Assembly (NCBI GenBank): GCA_951406725.2
Contig: OX597830.1
Coordinates: forward strand, 18,972,001-19,036,000
DNA: 64,000 nt
Reading direction: 5' to 3'
Source: Octopus vulgaris
Taxonomy: Eukaryota
The notes below the pieces were generated by a model. It worked only from the letters and a program-made list of their open reading frames with translations, did not search any database and was not told where the DNA came from. Positions 25,047 through 39,349 of this stretch are shown piece after piece (the stretch's first letter is position 1; each line of letters begins with the position of its first letter). The translations under genes were made by a program, and so were the position numbers.

Positions 25047-26522
25047 TTAGTCATAATATTAAGGTGGCGAATTGGCAGAATCGTTAGAATGCCGGGCGAA
25101 ATGCTTTGTGGTATTTCGTCCGCTGCTGCATTCTGAGTTCAAATTCCGCCGAGGTTGACTTTGCCTTTCATCCTTTCGGGGTCGATAAATTAAGCACCAG
25201 TTACGCACTGGGGTCGATGTAATTGACTTAATCCGTTCGTCTGTCCTTGTTTAGCCCCTTGTGGATAGTAAATAAATAGACATATTAATCATAATAAGAT
25301 GAGAGAGTGGTAATAAAAGTCTTCAAATAAGTTTGTCCTGTCCCTAGTGAAAATACTGTTAAGCTTGACCTTGCTTTTCATCCTTTCTGCAATCAAATAA
25401 AACTATTGTATTTAGGTGAGGTCGCCGAGGGGTTGTGGATGTCCCAGAGTCTCAGCCCCCATTGATTTGAGAAAACATCATAACACTTTTCATATATTGG
25501 TTTCAAATTTTGGCTGAAGGCCAGTAATTTCAGAGGAGGAGTTAAGTCAAATACATTGACCCTCAGTACACCACTGGTACTCATTTATTGACTCTGAAAG
25601 GTTGAAAAGCGAAGTTGACCTCAGCAGAATTTGAACTCAGAAATGCCGCTAAGCATTTTTCCCAGTGTGCTAATGGTTCTGCCAGTTGTTCCTACATTAG
25701 AAATAAAATTCTAGTTGTATGTGGTGCTTGATTCCTTGTAACAGTGTAGGAGAGAAAAAAAGGGAAAAAACGGTCAAACTGATGATATTAATTCTTGTAG
25801 TTTAGCTCCGGGTCATCTTTTATCAGACAGGCCTACCATAAAAAATATTCAGATATTCCGACCATGACCAACCGTGCTAACTTTTCTTATTTCTTTACTG
25901 CCCACAAGGGGTTACACACAGAGGGAACAAACAAGGACAGACAAATGGATTAAATCGATTATATCGACCCCATTGTGTAATTGGTACTTAATTTATCGAC
26001 CCCGAAAGGATGAAAGGTAACGTCAACCTCGGCGGAATTTGAACTCAGAACGTAACGGCAGGCGAAATACTGCTAAGCATTTCGCCCAGCGTGCTAACGT
26101 TTCTGCCAGCTTGCTACCTTAAATATAACCTCATAATAAACAATGAATGAAAACCAAAAGGCCATATAGGATATGAGAAGAACTTTGCATCAAGGAGTGG
26201 AATGTACAGTTTCCTCTACGTCAGGCCGTCTCATGGTTCCAGCTGATAAAATGGAAAAGGCGTTGCCCTGGAGGATGGCAAGGGAGAGATGCTGGAACAG
26301 CCACTCTGACTCACAGGGCTCACACTTTTCTGACAGCCATCTTCACCGCAATACTGTATGGTTAGTTCAAAATGATGTGAATAAATAATCAGTAAATTTG
26401 AGGGAGAAATCTGGATGTTAAAAGGTTAAGTCAATCATTTCATTCATAGTGTATCTGAAAGCTTTTTATCTCACTTCAAAATGCCTACAAGTCTTTATTT
26501 CTAATTTCCCATCCAATTTCAG

Positions 26523-26722
26523 GTGCCTGCAAGGACACACGACGTTTGTGGTGACTTGTGCCTTCAGTCCTGATAGTAAATTGCTGGTGTCTGGCTGCAA
26601 TACAGGAAAGCTTCGTGTTTGGGATATGTTTCAAAATCTTGGTAGAGGCTTGCTTAAGGACTTTGAAGCACATGATCTCGATATGATGGGATGCGATTTT
26701 TGGAGTAATATATCTACAGAAA
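26523..26722 (+). CDS. WDSUB1: WDSUB1 exon 2
   Basis: ttcag|G...GAAA|gtaaga; CLQGHTTFVVTCAFSPDSKLLVSGCNTGKLRVWD...AHDLDMMGCDF. Confidence 0.93.
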
Positions 26723-27071
26723 GTAAGACTTTGTTTCCTAGATTCTTATTTCTTATCTGTACATAACATTTAAAACATTGTTCGTTTGGAGAGCATCACT
26801 GCAGTTTTATCTTTTATTCTTTTCATTTGTTTCAGTCGTTAGACTGCGGCCATGCTGGGGCACCGCCTTGAATAATTTTTTAGTCGAATCTATCAACCCC
26901 ACTACTTATTTTTTTAAGCCTGGCAATTATTCTATCAGTCTCTTTTGCTGAGCTGCTAAATTACGTGGACGTAAGCACAACTACACTGGTTGTTAAGCAG
27001 TGGTAGAGGACAAACACAGACACAAATACATACATGCATATATATGTGATGATGTATACATATATATATAA

Positions 27072-27117
<46 letters not shown>

Positions 27118-27160
27118 GTATGTATGTATATATGTATGTGTGTATATATATATGTATATA

Positions 27161-27721
27161 TTGGGTTGTCCGGAAAGTTCGTGCCAATTTATAGTAGCTT
27201 ATCTTTTGACTTATTTTAGAACATGGCTGAGTCCATAAAATAGGATTTGACTACACCTCCATTCAGAGCACAGTTTAAGCTATATTTTCGTGGAAGAAAG
27301 TTTGTTTCTATAACCTGTGTTAATTCTGTAACCCTTTAAAATGGAAGATAAGAAAGTTTATTTTTGGCACTTGATGCTTTGGGAAGCAGGCAAAAATTGC
27401 TCCAGCTCGGCTGGGATTTATTGCCCCACCCTCCACATTCACCAGATATTGCTCCTTCGGATTTCCACTTATTCAGGTCTCTGCAGAATAGTCTTAATGG
27501 TAAAAATTTCAATTCCTTGGATGACGCAAAAAGATACCTTGAATTCTTTGCCATGAAACCACCTAAATTTTGGGAAGAGGGTATTTTCAAGTCAAAGGAA
27601 AGATGGAGACGCATTGTGCAACAAAATGGTTCATATTTGGTTGATTAAAAATGTAATGGCAAGTATTTATTGACCTTTTTCTTTCCTTTAAAAATTGGTA
27701 CGAACTTTCTGGACAACCCAA
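27161..27721 (+). mobile_element. Internally deleted mariner (second family)
   Basis: TIRs TTGGGTTGTCCGGAAAGTTCGT in TA sites; transposase N-terminus fused to a C-terminal HPPHSPDIAPSDFHLF segment. Confidence 0.9.
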
Positions 27722-28193
27722 TACACACACAATGAGCTTCTTTGTGTTTCCATCTACCAGATCAACTCACAAGGCTTTAGTTGGTCTGAGGCTATAGCAG
27801 AAGACATTTGCCCAAGGTGCCAAGCAGTGGGACTGAACCTTCCCAACGATGTGGTTGGGAAGCAGATCTTCTTACCACACAACCGAGCCTTCTTTTAAAA
27901 TGTCTTGTTCAGTTCTGTGTATATAGGAATACTGTTTACTTTAAAAGTACAGTGTAGGTACTTTAAAAGTACACTGTACTTTAAAAATACAGTGTAGGTA
28001 GCTAAGACTGTAGAGTAGAGGAGTAAATATGTAACAGTATTGAATTTAATTCTCTTTATGCCCCAATTCAGATCTTTTAAACCAATGGAATAAGAAACTA
28101 TTAACTTGTGTAAATACTACTCCATTTCACATCCAGTTTTTTTATTCTTCAATTTGTTTTAAACCATCTAACCTTATAATTTAATCTTAATAC

Positions 28194-28422
28194 AGGGCTG
28201 GCCAAAAGTTGCCTGACAGTAAATCAAAACCATTTAATTCCAAGATTTATTTATGTTTCACAACTGAATGAATATAATAGAAGCATCTAAATATGAAACA
28301 TCATGAAAATTGTTCAAACTGAAGTCCTTCTTGAGCGATACATTTTTCCATTCAAGTCAATACAGAATTACAGATACTATTTAAGGAATATTGATTTACT
28401 GTCAGGTGACTTCTGACCAAAT
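28194..28422. mobile_element. Degenerate Tc1-like MITE
   Basis: ta|CAGGGCTGGCCAAAAGTTGCCTGACAGTAAATCAA versus TTGATTTACTGTCAGGTGACTTCTGACCA. Confidence 0.6.
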
Positions 28423-31400
28423 CTTAATATAGGCACAAGGCCTTAGGCGGTGAGCTGGCAGAAACGTTAGCACGCCAGGCAAAATGCTTAGTGGTATTTC
28501 GTCTGTCTTTATGTTCTGAGTTCAAATTCCGCCGAAGTCGACTTTGCCTTTCATCCTTTCAGGGTCGATAAATTAAGTACCAGTTGTGTACTGGGGTCGA
28601 TCTAATTGACTGGCCTGCTCCCTACAAATTTTGGGCATTGTGCCTAGAGTAGAAAAGAATATAGGCACAAGGCCTTGGATTTTCATGAGTGAAGTTGTAA
28701 CTTTTATATCTTTCCCAAGGTTATTAGAAGGATGAGTGAAATAAAATGTCTTAACTAGGAAGAAATTTTAATTTACATTTTATTTATGTATTTAGAAAAT
28801 AAAGGTAATATTGAAATTGAACAGCAGACTCAGCTTACCTACACAAGGTTCCTTATAATGACAAATATGATGTTGATGATTTCTTACGAAGGTATAATAC
28901 CAACAAATTTGGTGGGCACGGACCGAAGAACTATATTATAAAAACATCAGTTTTTGACTGCTCATCATCTCTTTTTAACCAAATCCACTGGCTTGCCTTC
29001 TCCACTGTAGTCTTGACATCACTCATGATGGTGTCTGCTTTACGATGAGTTTGGCCTAGCGACAACAACAGTACTTCATCATCATCGTCATCATCATCAT
29101 CATTTAATGTCCGCTTTCCATGCTGGCATGGGTTGGACGGTTTGACTGAAAACTGGTAAGCCAGAGAACTGCACCAGGTTCTGATCTGGTTTGGCAAGGT
29201 TTCTACAGCTAGATACCCTTCCTAGCACCAACTCCTCCGAGAGTGTAGTGAATGTTTTTTATGTGCCACTGACACAGGTACCATTGACTTGATACCAGCA
29301 TCAGCCATCACTACAGTCTCTCTTGGCTTGACAGGTCTACACATGCATGGTATATCGCCAAAGGTTGCGATCACCTGTCACTAGCTCCATAAGGCTCATA
29401 ATAATAATATTATTATATGTAGTAGTAACAGCAGTAGCTAGGATTATAGTAAGACCCCCTTCGGTCACAACACAGACCATGGGATTGCACCTAGAAAGGA
29501 TGAAAGGCAAAGTCGACCTCGGTGGAATTTGAACTCAGAACGTAGCAGCAGACAAAATACCACTAAACATTTCGCCCCAGCGTGCTAGCGATTCTGCCAG
29601 CTCGCCGTTTCTGTTGTACCTGTATTTCAAAGGGCCAGCCTTGTCACACTCTGTGAACTTACGTTAAGGGTACATATGTCTGGGCAAGGTTGTTTATGGA
29701 AGACCAGCAGTCGCCTATGCATACCGGCCTCCCCTCTCCATGCCACCAGTGTTATCCAAGGGAAAGGCAAAGGCTGATACAGTTTGGCACCTGTGATGTT
29801 GCAACTCATTTCTACAGCTGAGTGAACTGGAGCAATGTGAAATAAAGTGTCTTGCTCAAGAACACAACATGCAGCCTGGTCCAGGATTCGAGCTCATAAC
29901 CTCACGATCGTAAGCTCGACTCTCTAACCACTGAGCCATGCGCCTTCATGAGGATTATAGTAGTAGTAATAATAATCATGTTAACCTTGTGCCTTTTTAT
30001 GTATGTTTATCCATTGTGGAGATGCAATGACCCAGTGGTTAGTAGACTCATGGTCGTAGGATCATGGTTTCGATTCCCAGACTGGGCATTGTGAGTGTTT
30101 ATTGAGCAAAAACACCTAAAGATCCATGAGGCTCTGGCAGAGGGTAATGGCAAACCCTGCTGTACTCTTTCACCACAACTTTCTCTCCTGTTTCTGTTGT
30201 ACCTATTTCTTTACTACCCACAAGGGGCTAAACACAGAGAGGACAAACAAGGATAGACAAATGGATTAAGTTGATTATATTGACCTCAGTGTGTAACTGG
30301 TACTTATTTAATCGACCCCGAAAGGATGAAAGGCAAAGTCGACCTCGGTGGAATTTGAACTCAGAACGTAGCAGCAGACAAAATACCATTAAGCATTTCG
30401 CCCAGCGTGCTAGCGATTCTGCCAGCTCGCCGTTTCTGTTGTACCTGTATTTCAAAGGGCCAGCCTTGTCACACTCTGTGAACTTACGTTAAGGGTACAT
30501 ATGTCTGTGGAGTGCTCAGCTACTTGCACGTTAATTTCACGAGCAGGCTGTTCCATTGATCAGATTAACTAGAACCCACATCATAGTAACCGACAGAGTG
30601 CTACGTTATGTTCACCCATTAAATGTTTTAGTTCACATTAATTGCTTACATTGATGTCTAAAATCCTTGTCAATCTTAAATACATTTATGGATATTTTCC
30701 AAGATATACCTAATCCTTGTTTCCATAAAGGAAACTTTCGATGTATTTCGTAATCCATAAATAATAATTATAAAAATAATAATACTCTTTTACTTGTTTC
30801 AGTCATTTGACTGTGGCCATGCTGGAGCAACGCCTTTAGTCGAGCAAATCGACCCCAGGACTTACTCTTTGTTAGCCTAGTACTTATTCCATCGGTCTCT
30901 TTTGCCAAACCACTAAGTTACGGGGATGTAAACATACCAGCATCGGTTGTCAAGCGATGTTGGTGGAACAAACACATACACACACACACATATACATATA
31001 TACGACGGGCTTCTTTTAGTTTACGTCTACCAAATCTACTCACAAGGCTTTGGTTGGCCTGAGGCTATAGTAGAAGACACTTGCCCAACGTGCCACGTAG
31101 TGGGACTGAACCCGAAACCATGTGGTTGGTAAGCAAGCTACTTACCACACAGCCACTCCTACGCATTCAAATTTTAACACAAGGCCTGCAATTCCAAGGA
31201 AGGGGTAAGTTGATTACATTGACTTTGGTGTTCAATAGGTGCTTATTTTATTAACCCCAAAAGGATGAAAGGCAGGCAAAGTTAGCATTGGTAAAATTTG
31301 AACTCAGAACATAAAGATGGACAATGCCACTAAACATCTTGCCCAGGGTGCTAATGATTCTGACAGCTCGCCACTCTTTGCCTATTTGATAATAATAATT

Positions 31401-31733
31401 GTGCTAGAGCTTATTCAATAATAATAATAATAATAATGATCCTTTCTGCTAAAGGCACAAGGCCTGAAATTTGCGGGGCGGGGTTAGTCAGTTACACCCA
31501 CTCCAGTGCTCAGCTGGTACTTATTTTATTGATCCCTAAAGGATGAAAGGCAAAATCGACCTCAGTGGAATTTGAACTTAGAATGTAAAGATAGATGAAA
31601 TGCCACTTAGTATTTTGCTTAGCATGCTAACAATTCTGCCAGCTTGCCGTCTTAATAATGTAGTAAGAGTAATAATAATAGTAGTAGTAATAATATAATG
31701 ATAATGATGATGATGATAATAATAATAATAATA

Positions 31734-31769
<36 letters not shown>

Positions 31770-31838
31770 GTAATAATAATAATAGTAATAATAATAATAA
31801 TGATAATAATAATAATGATAATAATAGTAATGATAATA

Positions 31839-31873
<35 letters not shown>

Positions 31874-31874
<1 letters not shown>

Positions 31875-34800
31875 TCTACAGTTTTCAATCATACATTCGA
31901 CCAGCTTTAAAAACTTTGATACCCACAATTGCCTCTGTAAACATCCTTTTTTTCTTCTTCTCTCTAAACACATCACGCTTTTCTTTTTTTGTTTTTGTGG
32001 ACTTACAAGACCCTAAAACTTTCTATGAAAATCTGACTTTTCTTTGCTTCCTCCCTGAATATTCAAATATAAATGTAAACATATACTTTTTTATTGTAAA
32101 AACACACCTGTTCTTCTAACTGGACATACAAACATCTCTAGAAAAGTCAACTTCAACCTCCACAATATTACCTTACACGAAATATACAAACACTTTTTAT
32201 TGCAATAACACAAACGCACATGGAAAAAAAAAAAAAATGATGATGCTACGATTCTCTCTGGTCGAACACAACTTCTCTATTCACAAACAATACAGAACAG
32301 CCCTTCCTTAATTTTTCTTAAGCCTAATAGTAGTAAACATCTGAACTTTTTTTGACCGATAGGACCGCACCTAAAGAGAAAAAATATCACTGATGGTGAT
32401 GGTGATGATGGTGATGATGATAATAATGATAGTAGTAGTGCTGATAATCTATCTATCTACACACACACACACACACTCAAAGAGTTCAATCAACACAAAG
32501 AAAGTATTATTTGACAGGCAAGAACTCTAGTGTTGAAGACAGTCAGCCAGCCAACCACCAAGCCAGCCAACGAGACAGACAGACACTACTGTGATGGTGA
32601 TAATGATAAAAAAACAAAAATAACAATAATAAGATACTGCTGTGACTACACATAAAACAATATCATTGATGATGATGGTGGTGATGGTGATGGTGATGAT
32701 GATAATGATGATGGTAATGGTGGTGATAATGATGATAGTGATGGTAATGGTGATGATAATAACAATAATAAGCCGACTACGGCTGCTATAATGGTACGAT
32801 TATAATTGTAACGGCAATGATGGCCGTCTCCCCACGAGCCAATCAAAGCTAAAAAATGATAACATTATCGTAGCACCAAAATGTTTTTGGAAACTAAAGG
32901 AAAACTAAATCAGTATACCAAATCGCTTGTCCTATGGTTAATCTGGAAGCGCGTCCCCCAGGGAAGAGCCAGCCTGGGATCGAAAAGTCATCAACTGGCA
33001 CAAACTCTTCTCCGAATACGGACATGGATGGTCACTTGAACGGGAAATCCCCCAACTCGAGCCCTCCAAGTTCACCACCACAACCACCACAGAAAGAAAA
33101 ATGTAAGCGGAACAAATGGACCCAAGAAGAGTATAAAGAAGTAATATACGCTTATTACTATGCATTAGGTAGGCCATCTCAAGAGAGACACACCGCAAAC
33201 TCTTACAGTATATAGAGAACACGGAATCAAGACAGTAGGCCCTATTTGGACGAGAACAAATTAGCAAATGTGAGGAGGGATATCTTTAGAAATAACAGAC
33301 TCACAGACAGTGAAATAAGCACGATCAAGCACGCAACAGAAAATGACATAAATATAAGACACAAAGGAAATGAAGAATCAGATGAACAGTATAGCCCGCC
33401 ACGAGGCTTAATTGAAAGACTGCCATCTGACCAAAGTACGCAAAGGCCTGAAGATACAAGAAATTCTATTGTACCAGTTAAAGATAGCCAGGAAAACGAA
33501 AAAACAACAGTAACTGAAGATCTCGCATTTGCTGAAGAACACAGAGAGTCTATGGCAGAAATGAGGCAGAAAATCCTGAATACGCTTGAAGTTGTAAGAC
33601 ATACAAGTATGAATGATAGAGAACCGCTTCATAAACTCTCAAATACAAACCAAAATAAAAAACAAATCCAAATTGGCAACTATGTAACAAATGAAATAAT
33701 ACGAGAATTAAAACCTGATTTTACTGAGTTAAATGAAATTATTTACGCTTCTGCTAGGGCAATTGAAACCAGCTGTATGCCCCCGAAAAAACAAAGAAAA
33801 CAAAACCTGGGAAGAAATCAAACCTGGAGAAGTAAAATTGAAAAAGAGATTGAATTTATGAGAGGGAAAATATCAATATTAAATGAACTAATATGTGGAA
33901 ATGATGTAAGATCCAGAACAGGAAGAAAGATGAAGAGAAAATTTGGATCCTCACCAAGAGAAGAACTGATATCAATAAAAGAAACGCTGAAACAAAAAGT
34001 CCAAGCAAAAGCCCAAAGAATACGAAGATTTGAGAAGAGAAACAAGTTTTACAAGCAAAATAAGCTGTTCACATCCAATGCCAAAAAATTCTACAGAGAA
34101 ATAGGGAAGGAGAAAGTAACCGTTAAAGACCCCCTCCCATGGAAGAAGTTCAAAACTTTTGGAAAAGGATTTGGAGTGACAAGAAGACGTACAACATAAA
34201 TGCAGACTGGATTATACAAACTGAAGGATCCTACCAAAATTTACAACAACAAGCATGGGAAGACATCACAATAGCAGACCTAAGAAAGGCACTCACGAAG
34301 GCCCATAATTGGAAATCCCCCGGTAAAGATAGGGTGCCGAATTTCTGGCTTGCATCGCTCCCGTGCGCACACGGTAAGCTAGTTCAGCTGCTCAATGGAA
34401 TTATGAGAAACCCAAAGAAAACACCTGAATGGTTAGCAAGTGGCATTACTTACCTACTCCCAAAGAATAACGAAACCAACCTTCCAAAAAACTATCGGCC
34501 TATAACCTGTCTATCCACCACGTATAAAATCCTAACATCTATCCTGGCGGAGAAAACATATGCATTCATGGAGAAGAACGATATTTTCCCCATTGAACAA
34601 AAAGGGTGCCGCCGAGGCTCTTACGGATGCAAAGATCAACTGCTAATCAATCGTATGATCCTTGAGAACTGTCACAACAAGCGCAGAAATCTCAGCACCG
34701 CATGGATTGACAATAAAAAGGCCTTCGACAGTATACCGATTCCATGGATCTTGAGATCGCTGGACATCTTCAAAATTTCCCCTGTGATTTCAAACTTCCT

Positions 34801-36738
34801 GAAGCACAATATGTCGTTGTGGAATACGAATCTCCAATTATACCACTCTAATGGAGTACTTGCCTCAGAAAATATAAACATCAACTGGAATTTTTCAAGG
34901 TGACTCACTTTCACCTTTAATATTCTGCATAGCCCTAATACCCCTTACAAGTGAATTAAACAGAACAGGGTATGGGTATAAAATTGCCAATAAAAAAATA
35001 AGCCATCTATTTTATATGGATGACTTAAAACTTTATGGTAAAGACAATAATGAACTTGAAGGCCTATTGCGCACCGTGAAAGCATTCAGCGATGACATCG
35101 GGATGGAGTTTGGACTTGAGAAGTGTGCCAAGGCCACTTTCCAGAAAGGGAAAGTGAAGACCACAAATTCAGTCGTGTTAGATGTTGACACAGTCATAAG
35201 AGAGCTTGAGCAAGAACAAACATACAAATATTTAGGGATAAATGAAGGCTCTGGTATTCAGCATGCAAGCATGAAAGAGAAAATCAGGAAGGAATGTTAT
35301 AGGAGAGTTCGTGCAGTCCTGAAATCTGAACTAAATGCACGTAACAAGGTGTTAGCTATAAATTCCTTAGCAGTTCCAGTTGTTACTTATAGCTACAATG
35401 TGTTGAACTGGAATATGAGTGAAGTAAAGAATATAGATAGAAAAATACGCAAGCTGCTGAGTTGTAATAGGATGCACCACCCAAAGGCAGACGTAGATCG
35501 CCTTTACCTTCCCAGAGCCCAAGGAGGTCGAGGCCTGATCCAATTTGAACTAGCTTACAAAACAACCACAATTGGACTGGCCAAATATCTCGAAATATCG
35601 AATGACTGGATGCTAAAGCTCGTGGAAAATCACGAGAGACGAAAGAAGCTTCATTCTATCATCAAGGAAAGCAAAAAATTTGCTATTGATCTCATGCAGG
35701 ATACCCAAACTGAACAACCCGAGGGAAGTACGGCAACTATTGTTGCAAAGAAGGTGAAAATGATGGCAATGAAAAAAGCGCACGAGCAATTGGCTGATAG
35801 GTGGGAGGAGAAACCTCTGCACGGCAAATATGTGACCCGCAGCAAACAAGCTGATGTTGACCAGAAGCAAACCCATCAGTGGCTGCGGAGCTCAGGGCTA
35901 AAAGCAGAGAGCGAAGGTTTCATCCTGGCTGCTCAAGACCAAAGCCTATTAACCCGGAACTACCAGGCCAATGTGATGAAAAATGGAGCAGACCCAAAAT
36001 GCCGATTCTGTAACGACATGATTGAAACAGTGGACCACCTAATCTCTGGATGTAAAGTCTTAGCACCAGTGGAGTATAAATTAAGACATGACAGAGTTGG
36101 CCAATATCTCCACTGGCTAATAAGTCGGCATTACAATATCAAAACTGCCGACAAGTGGTATAATCACCACCCTGAGGCTGTAACTGAAGGAGAAAATGTA
36201 ACCATTCTGTGGGACTTTCCAGTACATACAGACCGAACCATCAAGGCCAATAAACCAGATATTGTTGTGAAAGACCAAAACAATAAAGTTTGCTTATTGA
36301 TCGACATGAGCATCCCCTGTGATCATAATATCTCAGCGAAAGAGTTTGACAAGCTCAGAAAATATAAAGACCTACTCATTGAAATTGAGAAAATGTGGCA
36401 TCTCAAGGCGGTTACAATACCAGTGATCGTAGGAGCACTAGGAATGATCAAGAAGGGAACCGAAAATTATATGAGAATGATCCCTGGCTTACCATCCCTG
36501 CAAGAAGTGCAAAAGATTGTCTTAACTGGTACATCACATGTATTGAGAAGAGCATTGTCGATGTGAGAACTGTTGCTGCTCATGTATTTTAATTTAACTT
36601 TAAAAAAAAAAAAAAAAAAATGAACGAACTACTGAGTTTGGTTTAATGGCCTACCAATATACACTATGAGTTTCTTTGCCCTAGGAGTCGGGAAGACACT
36701 CGGCAAGAAATGGAAGAAAATTTGAAAGAAAAAAGAAA
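31874..36738 (+). mobile_element. Near-full-length RLE-type non-LTR retrotransposon, R4/Dong-like, inserted in (TAA)n
   Basis: Single interrupted ORF 32934-36566 with RT (KSPGKD, YRPITCL, EQKG, KKAFD, GIFQGDSLSP, YMDD), CCHC knuckle (CRFC...HLISGC) and RLE nuclease (KPDIV...D...K..KY). Long (TAA)n tracts flank both sides. The 5' boundary is uncertain (31874 or about 32770). Confidence 0.9.
32934..36566 (+). pseudogene. Disrupted RT-RLE polyprotein of the Dong-like LINE
   Basis: In-frame TAG at 33213-33215 and frameshifts near 34135 and 34888 split one ORF into the four ORF-track pieces. Confidence 0.9.
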
Positions 36739-36783
<45 letters not shown>

Positions 36784-36837
36784 GTAATAAGAGTAATAAT
36801 AATAGTAATAATAATAATAGTAATAGTAATAATAATT

Positions 36838-37393
36838 GCCCTGATGCAGTACCAGGCAGTGGCTCTCATGGCTTCTGATCATAACTGATTGGAAGTATTA
36901 TCATGTACATATTTTGTCTTGGTATAAAAGATGGGCTACAGCAAATATTCTGCTCAATACCACAGATTTGCTTGTCAGTTGTTTGACCATAACCAGTTGA
37001 GCATGTCCCTTAGTGGCTGACGATATGTGCATCTCTGATCTCGAGCAGAAGTAGTGGGGGTGCATCATAGCCATGTGTTGAGAGGGATTCTTTGAGATTT
37101 GAATAATTCACCCCTGGAAACATGGGTGTTTCATTCATCATCCTTAAATAAATTTTATTCCAGGGACCTTATGAGCAGAACGGGCTATACGACCTGCAGA
37201 AAATTCTAACTGGGCCCCACCTGCAAGGTTATACACTGTTTATCTTGATATGAGATCACCATGTCATGCACATATGGTTGTGATGCATGTGCCTGGTGTA
37301 CCCTTATCAGATGGGTAGTCATGATGGGTATATTGGGCTTTGTATATTTGTACCCCAGTGTCACTTTGATGGCATACATTGCTCTCTCACTCA
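36838..37393 (+). mobile_element. Unclassified insert of about 555 bp within the (TAA)n tract
   Basis: Non-coding, GC-richer segment bounded on both sides by (AAT)n, directly after the Dong-like LINE tail. Confidence 0.5.
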
Positions 37394-37420
37394 ATAATAA
37401 TAATAATAATAATAATAATG

Positions 37421-37469
<49 letters not shown>

Positions 37470-37510
37470 AGTGATAATATGCATACATTTGTTTGTTTGT
37501 ATTTTTGCAG

Positions 37511-37594
37511 ATAATCATACCAAATATTTATTGGCGACCTGTGGCCAAGACGCATTACTAAAACTTTGGGAAATTGTGTCAGCTGATATGACAA
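37511..37594 (+). CDS. WDSUB1: WDSUB1 exon 3
   Basis: tgcag|AT...ACAA|gtaagt; NHTKYLLATCGQDALLKLWEIVSADMT. Confidence 0.92.
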
Positions 37595-38302
37595 GTAAGT
37601 ACTGCTAAGCAATGAGTGTATTTATTTGACTTTGAGTAATGCTCAGCTGGCGTAATTAATTTAACTGTTGTTACCATGGCAAAAGATCTTGACTTTAGAA
37701 CGATTTTGGTGTTGTTCAAACATTGCATTTTGTTCATTGGAGTGGGGTTTTTTTTTTGTTGTTGTTGTTGGTTAAGAAAGTTAAACAGAGTGAACAAATA
37801 ATTCAGAAATGTGTCCAGGTGAAAGCTATGCTTATCATGTAACTAAAGCCTTGTGAGTGGATTTGGTAGACAGAAACTGAAAGAAGCCCGTCGTATATAT
37901 ATATGTGCGTGTGTGTTTGTGTGTCTGTGTTTGTCCCCCTAGCATTGCTTGACAACCGATGCTGGTGTGTTTATGTCCCCGTCACTTAGCGGTTCGGCAA
38001 AAGAGACCGATAGAAGAAGTAATGGGCTTACAAAGAATAAGTCCCAGAGTCAAGTTGCTCGATTAAAGGTGGTGCTCCAGCATGGCCGCAGTCAAATGAC
38101 TGAAACAAGTAAAAGAGTATAAAAGAGAGTAAAGAGTACACACACACACACACACACACAGGTGCGTAGTTATGTACTTTACTTTGTAACAGTGTGGCTT
38201 TGGGTTCAGTCCCACCTTTGGCAAGTGTTTTTTATTATAGCTCTGGGCCAACCAAAATCTTGTGAGTGGATATGATTGATAGAAACTAAAATAAGTCTGT
38301 TC

Positions 38303-38332
<30 letters not shown>

Positions 38333-38338
<6 letters not shown>

Positions 38339-38974
38339 AATATAAACAAGAAGGGTAGTAATATTATTTACAACCAGGTGCCCAGCACAAAAGACGAATT
38401 AGTCATAAGACAAGAATATTATTCATATAGAAAAATATTATTCATGTAGTTATACAATTAAGGGCTCCTAAATTAAGATGCCGAGTGCTGGGAACACAAA
38501 AAGGGGATGAATTTATCGAGAGTGAAAATCAAAAACGTTTACCGATAACTTTTACAACTCGAACCGCGGTTTCTGCTTCTTTCTAGCAAAACACAGAATA
38601 TGTTTGCTAAGGCTAGCTTCATCAGCGAGTCGCCTAAATTTAATCGAGGTCTGCAGCGATGTGGGACCATGTGTTGAACCCGACTACTAGCAGATCTTAA
38701 CTTTTCAAATCTCTGCGCAGACGCAAAACTTACACGGCAGTATAGGGCATGCCAGGAAGAATTTTACGAATAAATCCATCATGTAATATGCGAATATAAA
38801 CAAGAAGGGTAGTAATATTATTTACTGCCAGGTGCCCAGCACAAAAGAATTAGTCATAAGACAGAAATATTATTCATATAGAAAAATATTATTCATGTAG
38901 TTATACAATTAAGGGCTCCTAAATTAAGATGCCGAGTGTTCCCAGCACTCGGCATCTTAATTTAGGAGCCCTTA

Positions 38975-38980
<6 letters not shown>
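38333..38980 (-). mobile_element. Non-coding partial-tandem hammerhead element (pLTR or retrozyme-like)
   Basis: About 150-bp direct repeat at an offset near 454 bp (38333 and 38787), one hammerhead between the repeats, a terminal 42-bp inversion (38939-38980) and (TA)n flanks. Confidence 0.75.
38555..38632 (-). ncRNA. Type I hammerhead-like ribozyme
   Basis: CGACUCG-CUGAUGA-AGC...GCA-GAAA-CCGCGG-UU^-CGAGUUG; 7-bp stem I, palindromic stem III, A.A at the base of stem II. Confidence 0.75.
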
Positions 38981-39019
<39 letters not shown>

Positions 39020-39300
39020 TCATGTATAATCAAAATAAGTAACAAGGATTATAATCACCCCATTTTGAATTATATGGATAATACCATACTAAATTCTGGT
39101 GCCTTTAACTTAAGTACCATATTCATCTGAATCTATATATATATATATATATATATATGAATGTAGGATAGTTGTACAACAATGCACCAATATTTACTAG
39201 AAATAGCAGTTGATAATATATGACGCTATAGTTAAGCTTCACTGTATATATATATAAGGTCGGCAATGGTCTTCCTCGGTCACGAGTGGACGGCTATCAT

Positions 39301-39346
<46 letters not shown>

Positions 39347-39349
<3 letters not shown>

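Noticed and set aside
31578-31976. Poly-Tyr/Ile ORFs (also at 36664, 37206, 37391 and 60273) and the poly-His ORF at 46246
   Set aside because: Translations of (TAA)n and (CAT)n microsatellites.
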